This document shows, piece by piece, positions 8,071-10,777 of a DNA stretch of 10,777 nt. The DNA comes from Sulfurimonadaceae bacterium (GTDB taxonomy: Bacteria > Campylobacterota > Campylobacteria > Campylobacterales > Sulfurimonadaceae), in contig JBFEXS010000076.1 in assembly GCA_041562555.1 (NCBI GenBank), positions 1-10,777 of the forward strand. Reading direction: 5' to 3'. Each line of letters begins with the position of its first letter. The first letter of the stretch is position 1. The position numbers and the translations under genes are program-made. The notes under the pieces are model-generated. The model saw nothing but the letters and a program-made list of their open reading frames with translations, ran no database searches and was not told the origin of the DNA.

Positions 8071-8409
8071 TTAAAGCAGTTGAGCAATGATTTGCTCCTC
8101 TTGCTCTTCAGATTGAGGGTAAAGTACATATTTCAATGCAAAATGACCATCAATCTCTTCAAAATGCTCTTCAGCGATGGCATCCAGATCAAGGCTCGGT
8201 GCGATCTTATCAAGCGATGCTTTTACCGCATCCCCTAGGGAAAAACTAAAGATAAGTATCTGTCCAATCTTCCAATCTTGCCCGGCAACTCCTAGACCGA
8301 CACACTGGGCAATGAAAAGCTCCTGTAGATCTCCGTTCTCCGCCAAGGAGATCAACTCTCCCAACTCTTCTTTCTTACTGATCGGACTAACCCATGTACG
8401 TTCATCCAT
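8071..8409 (-). CDS. Small acidic hypothetical protein (112 aa)
   Basis: ATG overlaps the helicase stop (TAATG). A strong AGGAGG SD is embedded in the helicase's last codons (KGGRR). No family recognised. Confidence 0.85.
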   Translation of the reverse strand: MDERTWVSPISKKEELGELISLAENGDLQELFIAQCVGLGVAGQDWKIGQILIFSFSLGDAVKASLDKIAPSLDLDAIAEEHFEEIDGHFALKYVLYPQSEEQEEQIIAQLL

Positions 8410-9755
8410 TAACGACGACCTCCTTTACCTGATTTGCCTGGATTTTTTTTCCCGGATTTTGATGCTTCACGTTTAGTGACCTGTGCCTCTGCCTCCCGGC
8501 GCGAGACACCGCGTTTTGTCGTCTTTTTACTTTTGGCCGGTGTCTTTTTCTTCTTGTGTCCAAAGGCACCTTTGATTTGTTCTTTTTGACCTTCAAAATG
8601 ACGTTTAACTTCTTCTTTTTGCTCCGGTTCATATCCACGGATACGACGTTTTTGGATCTCTTTACGCAGAAGTTGTTCAATATTCTTCAGCATTCCTTCA
8701 TCATCCGGTGAAACAAAGGAGATAGCCAGGCCTTTTTTCCCTGCGCGTCCGGTCCGGCCAACACGGTGGATATACTCGGCAGAATGTTTTGGAAGATCAT
8801 AATTGATCACATAGGGAAGATTATCAATGTCCAAGCCCCGTGCCGCAATATCCGTTGCAACCAATACTCGAAATTTTCCTTCTTTGAACGCATTCAGGGC
8901 TTTACTCCGTGCACCCTGCTTCTTGTCCCCATGAATAGAACTGGCATTCAGCCCCGCTTCAAGCATATCTTCTTCGACTTTCTGTGCCAAAACCTTGGTT
9001 CGGGTAAACACCAATACCTGCTGCCAGTTTTGTGCACCGATCATATACGAAAGAAGTTCGGATTTTTTCTTCTTGTCAACGGTGTATACGACCTGTTTGA
9101 TCTCATCTGCAGTAGTACCCAATCTGTCTACGGTGATGTGTTCCGGATTTTTCAGTAACTCTTCACTCAGACGTTTGACCGAAGCGGGAAAAGTGGCAGA
9201 AAAAAGCATGTTCTGATGTTTATGGGGAATCAATGCCAAAATTGCTTCAAGATCCCGGATAAAGCCCATATCAAAGATCGTATCCGCTTCATCCAGCACC
9301 AGTATCTCAATCTTGGATAGACTCAGCTTTTTAAGTTTATCCAGATCGATCAGACGTCCCGGTGTAGCGATCAGGAGATCAAGTCCCTCTTGCACCTTTC
9401 TTGCCTGAGTCTGAATCTTGCCACCCCCGTCAAGTACCATATGTTTCAAACGGGTATGGGAAGCATAGAGTTTAAAACTCTCCCCTATCTGGCGTGCCAA
9501 CTCACGTGTTGGTACAACAACCAATGCACGGGGATGTCGAAACTCTTCTTCATCAGGTCTCTCAATCAGACGCTGAATGATAGGAAGAAGGAAACTTGCC
9601 GTTTTTCCTGTTCCCGTTTTTGCAGAGGCAAGGATATCACGTCCCTTTAAAGCAAAGGGAATAGCGGCCTCTTGTACAGGTGTCGGCTCACTGTATCCAG
9701 CTTCTTTAATCCCCTCTAGTATGATATTATCTAAGTCAAACTCACTAAATTTCAA
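8409..9755 (-). CDS. ATP-dependent DEAD-box RNA helicase, RhlE-like, with basic C-terminal tail
   Basis: 448 aa, TTG start overlapping the upstream TGA. Q motif GYSEPTPVQ, I AKTGTGKT, Ia PTRELA, GG, Ib TPGRL, II DEAD, III SAT, IV VFTRTK, V ATDIAARGLD, VI HRVGRTGRAG. No DbpA-type RNA-binding domain is seen. Confidence 0.96.
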   Translation of the reverse strand: MKFSEFDLDNIILEGIKEAGYSEPTPVQEAAIPFALKGRDILASAKTGTGKTASFLLPIIQRLIERPDEEEFRHPRALVVVPTRELARQIGESFKLYASHTRLKHMVLDGGGKIQTQARKVQEGLDLLIATPGRLIDLDKLKKLSLSKIEILVLDEADTIFDMGFIRDLEAILALIPHKHQNMLFSATFPASVKRLSEELLKNPEHITVDRLGTTADEIKQVVYTVDKKKKSELLSYMIGAQNWQQVLVFTRTKVLAQKVEEDMLEAGLNASSIHGDKKQGARSKALNAFKEGKFRVLVATDIAARGLDIDNLPYVINYDLPKHSAEYIHRVGRTGRAGKKGLAISFVSPDDEGMLKNIEQLLRKEIQKRRIRGYEPEQKEEVKRHFEGQKEQIKGAFGHKKKKTPAKSKKTTKRGVSRREAEAQVTKREASKSGKKNPGKSGKGGRR

Positions 9756-10408
9756 TGTTCTTCTTTCTTATGTTCTATGGTTGCAATGATCTCTGCATCA
9801 CTCTCGTCATCATCCAAAACCGCTGTAGTATTTTGCTCACCCGATGCTTCTTTGGCAAAAGCATTGATCAGCTTTCTCTCGTTTTCCGCACTCAGATCAC
9901 CTTCTGCTATAGTATCAAGAATCTTCTCGGCGATCTTCATCCGCGATTCATTTTCTTTCATAAAAAAATATTTTTTGAGATTATCATTATAGGCACGAAG
10001 TTCGTCTTCTCGCTTGCGTTTTAGATAATAAAAGACAAAAGCCGTAATTACTACGACTACCAAAGCGAGGAACATAAACAAATACTTTTGAAAATCAAGA
10101 TCATTATTACTCTCTTGCAAGGCAAGTTTCTGTTTGATAAGCTCTAACTCTTTTTCGCTGTTTGCATCTAACTCTTTTGTCTTGATCTCATTGTGCATTT
10201 TTTGCAACTCCAGGGCCTTCTCTTTTTCAATAAGAGCCAAAGATTTTTGCATCTCCAAGCTTGCGAGTGTCTTTTCCTGTTCTGCCTGAAGTTTTTTCAA
10301 AGCCAATTCCTGCTTTTTTTCCTGAAGCTCAGCAGAGTCTTCAAAAAGCTGACATCCATTGAAAGAGAACACCATAAAAGGCAGTAACGCATACTTCATC
10401 CATTTCAT
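9752..10408 (-). CDS. Hypothetical lipoprotein with coiled coil and internal transmembrane helix (218 aa from ATG 10408)
   Basis: MKWMKYALLPFMVFSFNG|C signal with lipobox (Cys19, codon 10352-10354). E/K/L/Q-rich helical stretch at aa ~25-105, hydrophobic YLFMFLALVVVVITAFVFYYL at aa 109-129, then KRKR. The track's extra MLCYNTP is the promoter TGCTATAAT read in frame. Confidence 0.85.
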   Translation of the reverse strand: MKWMKYALLPFMVFSFNGCQLFEDSAELQEKKQELALKKLQAEQEKTLASLEMQKSLALIEKEKALELQKMHNEIKTKELDANSEKELELIKQKLALQESNNDLDFQKYLFMFLALVVVVITAFVFYYLKRKREDELRAYNDNLKKYFFMKENESRMKIAEKILDTIAEGDLSAENERKLINAFAKEASGEQNTTAVLDDDESDAEIIATIEHKKEEH

Positions 10409-10414
10409 AGGGGT

Positions 10415-10423
10415 ATTATAGCA
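10415..10423 (-). promoter_or_regulatory. Consensus extended -10 promoter (TGCTATAAT), leaderless geometry
   Basis: Minus strand TTTGCTATAAT-ACCCCT-ATG. Perfect TGnTATAAT, 6 nt spacer, then the ATG at 10408, with no SD. Confidence 0.85.
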
Positions 10424-10466
10424 AAGCATTCTTCACAAAGCACACAATTTTCCCACTTTAACACTG

Positions 10467-10487
10467 TATACTGGAATAATAAAGGAG
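10467..10487 (+). promoter_or_regulatory. Putative -10 box and SD of the divergent exported-protein gene
   Basis: TATACT at 10467-10472. AAAGGAG at 10481-10487, 5 nt before ATG 10493. Confidence 0.65.
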
Positions 10488-10492
10488 TGCCT

Positions 10493-10777
10493 ATGAAATC
10501 ATTCATTTTAACACTATGTATAGCCCCTTTTCTCATGGCGACAAACTTTTCTACCCAATATGATGTGACGGTGGGGATGTTTGGAAAGGTTGGCGTTGCC
10601 AACGTATCTATAGACGAGACGAGGGACGCTTACAGAATGAAACTTGTTGCAACCATGGTCGGTACTGCGGCGGCACTGACAGGAAATAGAGTCGAGACCT
10701 ATATAAGCACAGGCAAGATCGAAGAGGGAAGGTATGTTCCCTTGTCCTTTATAAAGACAAAAAAGACCAATCGTGAT
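10493..10777 (+). CDS. Exported beta-rich protein, DUF3108-like, N-terminal 95 aa, truncated by window edge
   Basis: Hand translation MKSFILTLCIAPFLMA-TNFSTQYDVTVGMFGKVGVANVSIDETRDAYRMKLVATMVGTAAALTGNRVETYISTGKIEEGRYVPLSFIKTKKTNRD, open to the end. Strong SD and Sec-type signal. The pattern Y-x-V...G-x-V-G-x-A...Y.....A...G....L......Y-x-S-x-G......P..F resembles DUF3108 (recognised by eye). Confidence 0.75.
   Translation, partial: MKSFILTLCIAPFLMATNFSTQYDVTVGMFGKVGVANVSIDETRDAYRMKLVATMVGTAAALTGNRVETYISTGKIEEGRYVPLSFIKTKKTNRD

Noticed and set aside
8425..8453. A8 run (GGG AAA AAA AAT) as a -1 frameshift fusing the helicase to the acidic protein
   Set aside because: The -1 frame reads AAA TCC AGG CAA ATC AGG TAA and stops before the downstream ATG, so no fusion is possible.
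8402..8680. 92-aa highly basic ORF overlapping the helicase tail
   Set aside because: It is the +1 frame of A-rich Lys codons, with no evident SD. A compositional by-product.
6909..9755. Helicase plus nuclease as a known anti-phage defence system
   Set aside because: The helicase is a canonical housekeeping RhlE-like DEAD-box protein with no extra domains. There is no adjacent integrase, IS or methyltransferase, and no obvious compositional break by eye.
6482..10602. Other nested or antisense ORFs over recO, the nuclease-like gene, the helicase, the lipoprotein and the DUF3108-like gene (e.g. 6948..7334 +, 8766..9158 +, 10405..10602 -)
   Set aside because: They overlap better-supported genes or promoters and show no protein motifs.
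1..10777. CRISPR array, tRNA/rRNA, IS ends, poly-G/C phase-variation tracts, intrinsic terminators
   Set aside because: None seen. The window is almost entirely coding, the intergenic gaps are short and promoter-like, and I found no long G/C homopolymer or GC hairpin with a U-tract at gene ends.

Overview
Gene-dense chromosomal window, most likely from a Campylobacterota (Epsilonproteobacteria) bacterium, possibly Sulfurimonas/Sulfurovum-like. That placement is inferred from the Campylobacterota-type RecO and the gnTAnAaT-type promoters. Left part (minus strand): gltB-gltD (NADPH glutamate synthase), tightly coupled to an inositol-monophosphatase/FBPase-family gene that runs off the left edge and is absent from the ORF track. 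An AT-rich divergent promoter region follows, then recO on the plus strand. Converging on recO is a minus-strand run of four genes: a lipoprotein with an extra transmembrane helix, a RhlE-like DEAD-box RNA helicase, a small acidic hypothetical protein and a degenerate PD-(D/E)XK-like protein. A divergent exported DUF3108-like gene runs off the right edge and is also absent from the ORF track. I see no mobile element, CRISPR array, rRNA or tRNA. Most of the window is housekeeping. The best-supported oddities concern translation initiation: a probable ATT start (or one-base frameshift) that extends the nuclease-like gene by at least 45 codons, a leaderless first gene, and several TTG starts. The four-gene helicase cluster is the only candidate for an undescribed system, and that reading is speculative.
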